DNA from: Octopus vulgaris
Taxonomy: Eukaryota
DNA: 64,000 nucleotides
Reading direction: 5' to 3'
Assembly (NCBI GenBank): GCA_951406725.2
Contig: OX597817.1
Coordinates: 46,624,001 to 46,688,000 of the forward strand
The notes under the pieces were generated by a model, which saw only the letters and a list, made by a program, of their open reading frames with translations, searched no databases and was not told the origin of the DNA. Each line of letters starts with the position of its first letter. Position 1 is the first letter of the stretch. Below, one piece after another: positions 42,342-56,790 of this stretch. Made by a program: the position numbers and the translations under genes.

Positions 42342-43285
42342 CAGGGCCGGATTAAAGACCATAGAGGCCCTAATCACATAAAAGATTTTGGTGTCCCCAT
42401 ATATACGTAATTCAAGATATAAATAATAACATACTATAAAATAAATATGCAAGATGGGAAATATTTATTTCTACTCTAGGCACAGGGCCTTGAAAATGTT
42501 TTAGGGAAGGGGTCTTGCCAATTATATCGACTCCAGTGCGTAACTGGTACTTATTTAATCGACCCCGAAAGGATGAAAGACAAAGTCAACCTCGACGGAA
42601 TATGAACTCAGAACGTAACGGCGGACGAATACCTCTTTCTTTACTACCCACAAGGGGCTAAACACAGAGAGGACAAACAAGGGCAGACAAACGGATTAAG
42701 TCGATTATATCGACCCCAGTGCGTAACTGGTACTTATTTAATCGACCCCGAAAGGATGAAAGGCAAAGTCAACCTCGACGGAATTTGAACTCAGAACGTA
42801 ACGGCGGACTAAATACCTCTTTCTTTACTATCCACAAGGGGCTAAACACAGAGAGGACAAACAAGGGCAGACAAACGAATTAAGTCGATTATATCGACCC
42901 CAGTGCGTAACTTGTACTTACTTCCTCGACCCCGAAAAGATGAAAAGCAAAGTCGACGTCGGCGGAATTTGAACTCAGAAGGTAACGGCAGACGAAATAC
43001 CGCTAAGCATTTCGCCCGGTGTAACATGGGAAATAATGCTTCGTTTTGTATACATCCATTTTATACTTGTAAAATTTCTGCTACCATTTTATTTACAAAG
43101 CCACTATGATACCATAAACACTTCGAAATCATATATTTTTGAACATATAAACCACTTTCAATATTATTTTAGCAAGTTTAAAGCGATTTCTTTTGTGCCG
43201 TAAGCTATTTACTATCTGTGGTGGCCTCACTTCCTTTGGTGCCCTAAGCACGTGCTTATTTTGTTTTATGATTAATCTAGTGGGT
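42342..43285. mobile_element. hAT-like non-autonomous element hosting the SINE array
   Basis: Left end CAGGGCCGGATTAA...gaggccctaa. The right end is degenerate (ggtgccctaagcacgtgctta...attaatctagtgg). No TSD confirmed. Confidence 0.5.
42465..43025 (-). mobile_element. SINE family A array (three bodies, ~185-bp period)
   Basis: Structure is head, (body-tail A) x2, body-tail B. Confidence 0.9.
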
Positions 43286-43399
43286 TGCAAGATAGGTAAA
43301 TTCTTTTTTCGCAAATAGATAGAGTTACAGTTTTTTTAAATGTCTTTTGTCAATGTAATGGTTTTTTTCCTTTTGACATTTCGTAGCCGTTACACTTAG

Positions 43400-43743
43400 C
43401 TTACTTTAGAAGCAAATTGCGCGTAATTTTATTTACAGCTCTTATTTAAGTGTCAATTTTGACATGGAGTGCAAGAAACGAACATTTTCGCCATATTTCG
43501 CTTTTTTATTTCCGTAAAGGCAAGAAAACTGCTGAGGCTCACAAAGAGATATGTGACGTTTATGGTGTTGATTGCTTAACAGAACGCACTTGTCAGAAAC
43601 GGTTTTAAAAATCCTTTTCTAGAGATTTTTCACTCAAAGATGACCAATGCTCTGGTCGACCTACTGAAGTTGACGATGACCGAATCAAAGACATTTTTGA
43701 ATCTGATTGTCATATAACTGTGCGAGAGATTGCAGAGAGGTTA
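43400..43743 (+). mobile_element. Mariner transposase N-terminal (HTH) pseudogene fragment
   Basis: EHFRHISLFYFRKGKKTAEAHKEICDVYG...FSLKDDQCSGRPTEVDDD.IK...TVREIAERL, with a frameshift and a stop. It is followed directly by a family B SINE tail (43741-43857). Confidence 0.88.
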
Positions 43744-44155
43744 AGGGTACGCACGTCCGTGGAGTACTCAGTCACTTACACGTTAATTTCACAAGCATGC
43801 TGTTCCGTTGATCGGATCAACTGCAACCCTCGTCTTCGTAACCGATGGAGTGCCATAGTATCTCATTAATTGTCCCCGAATTATCATTACATATTTGTTC
43901 TTGCTTTCATTCTTGTATGTCTAACGCTTTATATTGATGTTGTTTGCTTAAGTCAAGCTTTGTTATTTATAAGACTTGGTACACAACTCAAATTCCTTGA
44001 CCAAGGGTTTTTCTTTGAATATACAGAAGAGAATTTAATTGATTACTGTCTGACATTTATAAATTCAAGTTATCTAAGTAAACTAACAAAACTAGATTTA
44101 TCAACTCAGTATTACGGTTGTCATGGTATATAATATTATCCAACAGATCTATTAG

Positions 44156-44329
44156 TACATTATTTACATTCTATAAATTTGACGGATATCTGTCCTCATC
44201 TTGTTTGTTGTTAACACAACGTTTCGGCTGATATACCCTCCAGCCTTCTTCAGGTGTCTTGGGCAAATTTCGAACCTGGGTTCTCATTCCTTAAGGTATT
44301 TTTCCATGTTATCATTATTATTATTATTA

Positions 44330-44419
<90 letters not shown>

Positions 44420-44490
44420 TCACTGCCTGGAATCGAACTCGGAATCTTGGGGTTAGTAGCCTGCGCTCTTAACCACTAGTCCATATGCCC
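44156..44490 (-). mobile_element. tRNA-headed SINE (family E) with (AAT)n linker and hammerhead-bearing 3' part, copy 1
   Basis: Head tagtggttaagagcgcaggctactaacccc...gagttcgattcc. The hammerhead at 44213-44258 reads gacac CTGAAGA a ggctg...cagcc GAAA cg TT gtgtt. Confidence 0.85.
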
Positions 44491-44509
44491 GTAAACATTG
44501 TGGTTAAGA

Positions 44510-44574
44510 GTGACGTAGTGGTTAAGAGCGCGAGCTATTAACCCCAAGATTCCGAGTTCGATTCCAGGCAGTGA

Positions 44575-44661
<87 letters not shown>

Positions 44662-44836
44662 CAACAACAACAACAATATCGAAAAATAGGAAAGAGAACC
44701 CAGGTTCAAAATTTCCCAAGAGAGCTGATGAAAGCTGGAGGGTATATCAGCAGAAACGTTGCGTTAACAACAAACAAGATGAGGACAAATATCTGTCAAA
44801 TGTAAGTAATGTAAATAATGTAAATAATGTACATAA
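44510..44836 (+). mobile_element. tRNA-headed SINE (family E) with hammerhead-bearing 3' part, copy 2
   Basis: A box tgacgtagtgg and B box gttcgattcc (44556-44565), then (AAT)n, CTGATGA 44725-44731...GAAACGTT 44753-44760, and an (AATGTAAAT)n tail. Confidence 0.85.
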
Positions 44837-45149
44837 TTCCTCAGATCTATTAGTAGTCCTCTCTTTGGAGGGAAAATCAGTGAAACTGGAAAATTTCTTT
44901 TATAACAGGGATTTAATTTTTCTTTCCTTAATTGTTTTGTATTGGCCATTCATATTTGACCAGTGTTATTTGGCATGGTATTGAGATTTTTAGCTTAATA
45001 TTGGAGCTACGCCATATATTTGAAGTACTTCTTATATGCAAGGTTTTTCTTCTTTCCTAGGGCCCATAAAGTCGGTTAACCTGTTCCATGACGTATGATC
45101 GGCCAGGAAAATAACATTTTCCCGGCCGGTTCGTTGCCGGATTCAACGC

Positions 45150-46560
45150 CAGCAAATTTGAAGTGAGGGGTAAGTGAATTACATCAACCTCAGTAACTGA
45201 CTGGCACTTTATTTCATCAAACTCGAAGGGATGGACGGCAGAGCTGACCTCAGCCGGAGTTGAACTCAGAAAGGTAAAAGCCAGAAGAAATGCTAAGAAG
45301 ATAAGCATTTTGTCCAACGTGCTAACGACTCCGCCATTTTGCAAACTTTATGAAGAAAACACTTTACTGCATTCAATCAATGGCGTATAGGATCTCCTTT
45401 CTTCCTGCAGAAATCTGCTAACGTGTTATTTTGGATGCTGGCTTATTCGTACATCATTCATTAAATTTATTTATTTCGGTTCAGGTTATCTTACTTGTTT
45501 TAGAATATATCTTCATCTATTTACCAGTTCATTTAGTTCTAAATATTCGTGACTGCTAGATCGCAAATATTTGAATGCTAATATAACAACGCTGTCAGAT
45601 ATTGGATATCATATCGGTGTACACGCACGTAGTACTTCCAGGGAACTATACTTTAGGCCATCCTTCCCTACTCGTTTTTTGGTTTTTGATATGCTTGCCA
45701 GAAGTACTCGACTCCGGGCTGTGTTAAGAATTCATTTTGAGAGCAACCTCTATTTACCAGGCAAGGCAGTGTAAAAGGAAACTTTAAGAGAGTAATGGAT
45801 CAAAGAACATTGTCACTGTCTTCTAATCACGTTTATGTTACTAACATTCAAGAGATTATGAAGTAGATATCCTCACAGGCGAGAAAATTTGGAATCTAAA
45901 AAGAATATCGTATTTATGTAGATGTATTCAAACAACAAACTAGATAACAGGAATCGAAAGAGGCAAATTTAATCTGTTGTATATTTTTATTCAATGATGT
46001 ATATTTTTATTCAGCAAACAAAAATAACGCGCTAAATATTTTAACAGCAATATCCTTATTCACAGTGACTGAAATAAAAGGAACATTACACATAGTAGCT
46101 TAGACAGTAAGGATTCCTGACACTAACTTAAATTGAGGCAAATACATTTTCAAGAATAAAGCGGCGAGGTAGCAGGGTCGCTGGTACGCCGTGCAGAATG
46201 CTTATCGGTATTTCGTCCGGTTATAAATTACATTTCCTTTTATTCTTTCAGGGCCGATAAATTAATTACCAATCAAGCAGTTGGTTTCATGTAATCAACT
46301 TACCGACTCCCCCGAAATTGCTGGCCTTGTACTAAAATTTGAAACCAAAATACGTATTCAGGAATAAGGCGGCGAGCTGGCAGAATCGTTAGCACACCGG
46401 GCAATATGCTTAGCGACATTCTGATTTCAAATTCCACCGTGGTCGGCTTTGCCTTTTATCCTTTTGATGTCGATAAAATAAGTACCAGTCGAACACTGGA
46501 GTCGATGTAATTGATTTACCCGCTACACCGAAATTGCTGGCCTTGTACCAAAATTCGAAA
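45150..46560. mobile_element. Degenerate SINE family A copies (45150-45340 minus; 46160-46560 plus) separated by unique sequence
   Basis: Similarity to the other family A copies. Confidence 0.65.
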
Positions 46561-46641
46561 TCAGTATACATATTCAGGAATGATCGGATACCAATCTGAT
46601 CGAAATGCATTCTATATATAATTCTATATATAATTTAGGTT

Positions 46642-46917
46642 GGAGGCACATGGTCCAGTGGTTAGAACAGCGGACTCGAGGTCGAGAGGTCGTGGGTTCG
46701 AATCTCAGACCGAGCGATGTGTGTGTTTATGAGCGAAAAACCTAAGCTCTACGCAGCTTCTGCTGGCTCTTTCGCCACAACTTTCTCTCACTCTTTTCTC
46801 CTGCAACGAGCAGCTCCCCTGCGACGGACCGGCGTCCCGTCTAGGTGGGGAACCTACACGCCAAGGAAACCGGGAAACCGGCCCTAATGAGCCAGGCGTG
46901 GCTCGAGAAGGATCAAA
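46642..46917 (+). mobile_element. SINE family B head with an alternative tail
   Basis: A family B head followed by ccctgcgacggaccggcgtcccgtctagg...gaaaccgggaaaccggccc...ggctcgagaagg. Confidence 0.8.
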
Positions 46918-47324
46918 CATATAAGTTAGAGCGGTGCTCCAGCATGGCTGCAGTCAAGTGACTGAAACAAGTAAAATAATAAAAGAATGAAAGAATATAA
47001 TTATTGTAAATATATCCAAACTCTAAAGACGAGGTTAATAACTCGGAACATTTTAGACTTAATAATAACACATATTGAACATTTAGATATTTAATTCTTA
47101 TAAGCGATATATGAGCATAAATGGTCAAAAGTACTTTCCCATAATACCTAAGATTACAATCGGAATCTGAATAATAATAGCTCTGACACAGAATTCAATC
47201 TTGTGAAAAGAAATGGTTAACGTAAGAGCTTTATTTGGATAGTGATTTTCAAGGATTTAAATTTCTCTATCTAGCGTATCTTCGCACGGATACAATGCTT
47301 ATTCATCGTTTGTTATGGTTCTAG

Positions 47325-47858
47325 GGTGCCTAGTGGTTAGGGCAGCGGACTCACCGTCGTAGGATCGCGGTTTCGATTCCCATACCGGGCGTTGTGAGTG
47401 TTCATTGAGCGAAAACATCTAAAGCTCCAAAAGGCTCAGACGAACTTTGCTGTAATCTTTCACCACAACTTTTTCCCACACTTTCTTCCTGTTTCCGTTG
47501 TCTCCCCGAGAACTACGTTAAGGATCGTGCTTTCGATTCCCAGACCGGAGGTTGTGAGTGTTTATTGAGCGAAAACACCTAAAGCTCCACGAGGCTCCGG
47601 TAGGGGGTGGGGTGGCGGACCCTGCTATACACTTTCACCACAACTTTCTCTCTCTCTTTCTTCTTGTTTCTATTGTAGCTGTATTTCAAAGGGCCAGCCT
47701 TGTCACATTATGTGTCACGCTGAATCCCTCCCCCCGAGAACTACGTTAAGGGTACACGTGTCTGTGGAGTGCTCACCCAATTGCACGTTCATTTCACGAG
47801 CAGGCTGTTCCGTTGATCGGATCAACTGGAACCCTCGTCGTCGCAAACTACGGAGTAC
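47325..47858 (+). mobile_element. Two adjoining SINE family B copies
   Basis: A partial copy at 47325-47520 is joined to a second copy starting inside its head. Confidence 0.83.
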
Positions 47859-48239
47859 CACGATGGTTCTAGGAATATTGTTTTATTTTCTTCGACTATG
47901 TTATCTGAGTAAATAGTATGAACCGTCTTCTCTTGATATGCTTTGATAGCTACAAATTGCAATGGAATAATGGACGCCCATTCATGAGGAGATAACTCGC
48001 TATCACATTCACTCGGCGCTTTTTGTCAATGTGAGAGAGAAAAAAGCTAACCGTATGCATCAACGCTGCAATTTTCAGCATCACTATCATCCTCGTCGTC
48101 ATCATCACCGTCGATGTCGTCATTGTCATCAACATTATCATCATCATCACATGATATCTATAATTTTGATGCTGCTATGATAATCACGATGATAATGATG
48201 AAAATGGTCATCACCGAAACACTGCAAAAGAGCACATTA

Positions 48240-48560
48240 TAAAGAATCACAGAGAATCATCATCATCACAATTCTTCTCTTCATCTTCTTCCTCATTATC
48301 ATCATCATCATCGTCGTCGTCGTCGTCGTCGTCGTCGTCCTCGTCGTCGTCATCAGCATCATCATCATCATCATCCCCATCATCGTCATCATCATCGTCA
48401 TCATCATCATCGTCATCATCATCATCATCATCATCACCACCCCCATCGCCGTCACCATCTTCATCACCATCATAGTGATCATCATCATAATCATCGTCAT
48501 CATCAACAACATCATCATCACGCTCATCATCATCATCATTTGGATAGTAATAATAATGAT
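48240..48560. repeat. (ATC/GTC)n microsatellite
   Basis: Direct reading. It produces poly-Asp and poly-Met pseudo-ORFs. Confidence 0.93.
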
Positions 48561-49119
48561 GAATGTGTGAATGTACGCAAAAGCCAATACGACAAACGGT
48601 CAACTTTGCCAGAGACAACCACCAACACCAGCACCACCACCACCACAACTAGCACAACCAGCACTACCACCACCAACATCAACACCGTGCGAGAATTTTC
48701 CTTCAGCTTCTAATTAACTAATCTCACATAACTCTCATGTATTGTCTGCATGTGTACATCTACGTGCATGTTTGTATGTGTTTGTATAGCGCTTCTTTAA
48801 GCGTCTACTGGTACAAGACAGTACATACGCGTAAGCATCAATGTGAGTGTGTACGTGTGTGTGTGTGTGTGCGTGTGAGTCTATTGAGGTCTGATTAATT
48901 AGCTTTATCCGTTGCCATCTTGTTTATCTGAATGAGACATCTCAATGTTGTGTGGACATTGAAAGCTTAGTTTCAGAATTCCTGCTATGAATATCTTTAC
49001 CACATTAGCAATGAAACACTGTCCATGCCACGTATTCCTAGCCTTCTCTCTTCACTCACATTCTTTCGCTTTTTCTCACACTCCTTTTTTTCCTTCTTTC
49101 CACTTTGTATCTCTCCCCT

Positions 49120-51635
<2,516 letters not shown>

Positions 51636-51839
51636 TTCGCTCTCTTCTATTTTCAATTATCTAAATTCTTCCTCTGCTGGTTTCTAAGAAAGATACAAAA
51701 CTCCATTGTCGGAATGTAGATAACAAAATCATTGTCACGTTTTAGACTTGAGAAAAGTATTGCATATTTATACTGTTCCGCTTACAGATTGCATTTGTAA
51801 TGTGCGAATCGGTTGATTTCTTTTTCTGAAAACCAAGCT

Positions 51840-52200
51840 TATCCAGACTAACAATTACTGCTATAAATGTAAATTTAAAATCCGGATATAGAAGCTGGAG
51901 ATTTCAAAGCAGTTGTCCATAGTTACCTTTTCTTGTTTTCTCTTTGATTTTCAAAGAGATATTCATATCAGCAGCACACTTGACCTCTATAACGGCACCT
52001 ACTTTTTCTTGTGTGTCACAAACAACCATATCCGACCTGAGATGCTTATACTTGACAGATGCTTTGATGGGAATGATCCACCAGTATCCCTTGTATTGAG
52101 GTTTTTGTACGTATACAATAACAGGTATATTTTCAACATTTCTTTCAGGACGGTCTTTTTTTTTCCCCAAAAGCAATGTAAATTGTCTTTGTGGGTACAT
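51840..52200 (-). mobile_element. Decayed restriction-like endonuclease (RLE) domain fragment of an early-branching LINE
   Basis: WWIIPIKASVKYKHLRSDMVVCD...VIEVKCAADMNISLKIKEK...YGQLL*NLQLLYPDFKF resembles the (R)PD...IE..C RLE motif. Confidence 0.7.
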
Positions 52201-52242
52201 CAATTCTCCTTTTCTTTCTTTTCTCCTTCATGAAGTTTATAA

Positions 52243-52346
<104 letters not shown>

Positions 52347-53134
52347 GTATAGAGACTTCAAGGATATTATATCCACATTAGGGATAAATAAATCCAAAAT
52401 TTCTCCAGTTTAATCTCCATCACATTAGAAAAAAATATCCCCGATCTGTTATGGATTATCATAATAGTAAAAATTAATAATGTAAGAATCCCTTCATGTA
52501 AGATGCAACCTAAGTTATTATCAAGGCAAAAAGCCTGAAGAGATCGTGCCCCTTATAGATTAAATTCTTAACAATGGATCTAACCCAAAGGCTTTGAATT
52601 ATGCTTTACCAAGGAAACAGAATCGAAACGTGTAGATTTTTGAGTTTTCTATTGTGCTTTTTTAAAGATTTATTTGTATTTATATCTTAACAAATCATGA
52701 TATGTGACGTTGAAGGAGGTGTTTTTGTTAATGGCACAATATTCTGCCTGTTCTTGGAATCGAAACTGCAATCTTAGAAAGATTATCCCAGTAATCTAGC
52801 CACTATGCCACGCGTCTTGGTGCGGTTCATATGTGCGTGCGTGCGCGTCCGCGCGTGTGAGTGAAAATTATTGTAAAATGGAATTCCAGCTGTGTTGGTC
52901 AATTAAAATTATTAAATATAAGCAGCAATTGTCCCGGGACGCTTCAACTCATAAATAACAATTTATAGCAGGGATTCTTAAATTCCTAAATCTTTTCTCA
53001 GTTTCTTTATAATCTCAGATTATTGTATGTTTGTTATGCCTGATGCAAAACACAATATTAATGCTCTGAATTATATTTCGTTTTTGGATTTGGTTTGCAA
53101 GATTCTTTTTGTGAGTTCGCGTATTGAAGCATAT

Positions 53135-53445
53135 CCTGTTGTGACTGGGGGGAGTCATTTTCTTTTTGTGCCTTATAATGTAACACACTCACCGGTAAAA
53201 TGCCCACTTATTTCTTATTTTTAATGCCCACTTATTTCTTATTTACCTAAAATTTTCGTTGCGTCTTGCAACCTTTTCAATAGTCTTGACTCTCAAGACG
53301 AATGAGTCAAGACTTTTGAAAAGGTTGCAAGACGCAACGAAAATTTTAGGAAAATAAAAATAAGAAATAAGTGGAAATTTTACCTGTGAGTGTGTTACAT
53401 TATAAGGCACAAAAAGAAAATGACTCTCCCCAGACACAACAGAAT
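53135..53445. repeat. Large inverted repeat (arms ~140-155 bp, 11-nt spacer)
   Basis: 53135-53292 is the reverse complement of 53304-53445. The left arm has a 22-bp tandem duplication. Confidence 0.93.
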
Positions 53446-55501
53446 GTTCTGAATATAATAGTTTTATGTAAACGATATGTCTAGAATCCCCCATGATAAG
53501 AGTTAAGATAGATCATCCTCGTTATTTTTAATGATTACCGAAGTACATACAAGCAAAACAATGTCAAAACGCTGATACCGAGTACTTGAAGGGTGCCGTT
53601 TTTTCTTTTGTTTTTAGATGTGGTCAGGATAGAATATTATTGTTTGTCATATCACAGTGTTGAGCAGACGATCAGATTTTGCTATACACCGTTGGTCCCA
53701 TTGAGCTACCAATTCTATCTTGATTATGCCATTCTATGATACATATCGTTTAATTAAATTTACTTTCCATCGTTGTGAAGGCCTTCCAAGTGGCTTTTCC
53801 GATCTCTTGGATATCATTCAGTAACGGCACAGCTCAGCCTGTTGTTTGTAAATTTTGTGTCACGTCCGACCCAATGGAATATTTGTTTTCGGTATTCAAA
53901 GATCATATCGTTCCCTCCGCTCTGTCCTCGAATTATCTTGTTTCGCACGTGATCTCTTAAGGATATTTGCTTGTTTTATTTCTCCTTGGCACTCCAATTC
54001 CATATGTCTGAAAAGAAGTAAAATTTATTCAAATTTTTAAAATGATAAACAAAAGTCGCAGAGGAAGAATGGGGATACGAAATAAATAAATAAAAGTATA
54101 AAACACTTCGATAAAAATATTTTTCGTGTTAATTCAAATAATATTGTAAAAGTTGAAAAGAAATGCAAAGTAAAAAAAATATTTGACAACCCAAGAGACG
54201 TCTTTTAAGTTCATTCGGAAGATGCCCAGGATAACTGGTTTTGAATTGATTTTTAGACTCTTGAATCCATCATTCTTCCTGGACCCATATTATTTCTGAC
54301 CCCTTTCTACTACTGATGGCAACATTCTGTCTGAGAGTTTTTGGCTTCCAGGAACGTAGGCTTCACACTTCAGTACTGATATGAGATGGTTAAACAGAAA
54401 GAAATAAAAACAGAAAAACAGAACTGAAGAAAGAATTAAAGAAAAAATGAAAGGAAAATGGAAAGAAAGAATGTAACTGCAGACGTCATAAAATATATGC
54501 ATATATCAGTAGAGTTGGAAAATCTGAGCGATGAATTATGCGGACAAGAGGCGATAACAGTTCAAGACGTAGAGCTGGGATGAAAGATCGTATGAAAAAT
54601 AGTTTTTCACATTAAATATGAGTGAAACTGTCAAGGAGATAGCGAAGAGATTTATACGTGTGTCACAATCTATAAAAGTAAAGTCACATGATATCTGAGA
54701 AAATTATCATTTATTGATTCAGAAAAATTTTAAATATATATAAATTGCAACGGTATTTGAAACGGCTTCACTGCAATGGAAGAAAAAAATAAGCAGAATG
54801 GCACAGTGGCGAAAAATATAAAATGAAATAAATTATATAGAAGACTTGTAGAAATGACACGATGTTATATTATTTAGAATAAAAAAGATGAAGTAACTAT
54901 ATGAAACTGTCTATACATATATAACAAGTGAATTGTTATTTTTTAAAAATCATTATGCTACAACTCAATAAAAATTGTAACATGATTCACAAGGCAATTC
55001 AGTTGACGTAGCAAATTGTCTAGAGTATTATGGACTATTTTATATGAAGCAACACGTGTTTCAGATGTACAGACAGCTTAACGTAGCCATTTTGAACGTT
55101 ATTTTTTTCGTTTTGTATTGAAGAAGACAAAATGGCGTTGAGAAATATATAACACTGTTAAATTTATGCTTGTAAACAATATTTCAATGACCGTTAGAAA
55201 ATGAAATAAACACGCAAATATTTGAAGCTTATAAAGTTTATAAAAACTATTTGGTGCACAAACTGCATTGCTAAAATGACGGGTATTTGAACAGTTTTCA
55301 ATGTGACCTGGGATGAAATATTAATCTCTTAGTTACACGTTTATCTAAAAATATGAAATTGTTGAAGAAAATGCTTGAAAAGTATTGCATAAAATATGAG
55401 TCGGTAGATGACCAGTTGTCTCTAAGTGATCACATACAGAGTTGGATTGGCAAAATCGTTAGAACATGAAGACAAAAATCCCAGTTTTTTTTTTGTCGTA
55501 A

Positions 55502-55822
55502 GCGCAGGCGTAGCTGTGTGGTAAGAATTTTGCTTCCCAGCCACGTGGTTCGGGGTCAGTCCCACTACGTGACACCTTCGGCGAATGTTTTCTCCCTTAG
55601 ACTTGGTCCCACCAAAGCCTTGGATTTTGTAGGCGGAAACTGAAAGAAACCCGTCGTATTTATGTATGCATGTATGTATGTATGTATGTATGTATGTATG
55701 TATGTATGTATGTATGCGTGTGTACGTGTGTTTTTATTTCTGTGTTTGACAACCGGTGTTAGTGTGTTTATGTCCCTTAACTTAACGGTTCGGCAAAAGA
55801 GAGCAATAGAATAAGTACCAGT
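55502..55822 (+). mobile_element. SINE family C
   Basis: gcgcaggcgtagctgtgtggtaagaa...(TATG)n...gttcggcaaaagaga..atagaataagtacc. Confidence 0.82.
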
Positions 55823-56323
55823 GAGGCAGTAGGTTTGATTTTATATTGCTCTAAGCCATTTTTGAAGTAAAAAGAATTATAACAGAAGACAACCTTAAGG
55901 AATGAGATCGGAAAACGTTTAAAAATGGAAATGGGTAATTAGTTTATTAGCATCTCGCTTTAATAAAATCTGTCAATAATACTCGATGAATAGTTCACCC
56001 AGATGGGATCTATTTGAAGTAAGGAGCTCAAATTAGCAAAGCCTTATTAAAGAGAAGAAGGCCACATACATAGTTGTTGATGTTGGCAGTTATCCTCCAG
56101 ATCAGTTTTATAATTAAATGCGTTCCAGCAGCGATAACTCGTTATATCCAGACATTGCATAAGGGGCGAGGCTACGTTATCCAAAGTGTTCCGCTTTTGT
56201 GAAAACAAAAGAGTGTGGATATGAGGGTAGATTAGACTGACATTTCATGCAATTAGAGTGGCCTCGAAAAGACTTAAATACTTTCAGTACTTTGTCGACA
56301 TTGTTAGTTACTTATTGAGACTA

Positions 56324-56790
56324 CTTACTTGTACTTGTGATGGTGTTCATCCAGGGCGGGTTGAGCCGGTTTCTTCTCTGGTCCTAACGGCATCACGAAA
56401 CATGGCGGCCCACGCTCGACGGTCCTGTGCAAGGTCACTGGAGATAGCGAACCTAAACTCCAACCCCTCCTCAAAGCGGTAGGGTGGTGTAAACGGGCAT
56501 TGTCAGAGCTATGCCGTCGGGAACTTCGGTTCCTGGTTGGGCGACCCAAGGCGGATTGGTCTGGCACCGAGCGGTATTAGGACCACAGCCTGGTCAATGG
56601 GGCTCAGGTAAAAATTCCCACAGGCGTCTGATCGGCAACCGGCGGCTTCGAGGTCGTTCTGTCCCTGCGTCTGTGGAGACTCCGCGGCAAACAGGGCGTC
56701 CCGTCACTCGGGATATGCATGCGGGATGTCGGGGACCGCTTGTGAATTCAATATTCCCACCAAAGTTCTTCTATGAATCCTACTACTAAA
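56324..56790. mobile_element. RTE-type insertion with inverted 5' part, flanked by a 12-bp TSD
   Basis: The minus-strand 3' end (DLAQDRRAWAAMFRDAV...STRPG*, CAAGTA-repeat tail) is joined to a plus-strand GC-rich 5'-UTR-like segment. ttattgagacta occurs at 56312-56323 and 56791-56802. Confidence 0.8.

Noticed and set aside
42465-43025. CRISPR-like regularly spaced repeats
   Set aside because: Whole ~185-bp units repeat with no unique spacers, no cas genes are present, and the context is eukaryotic.
44416-44578. Functional tRNA genes (also the SINE heads at 33221, 34650, 40020 and 57820)
   Set aside because: A and B boxes are present but the acceptor stems do not pair, and the heads run into repeat bodies. 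They are SINE heads.
48237-48648. Poly-Asp and poly-Met ORFs
   Set aside because: Translations of an (ATC/GTC)n microsatellite.
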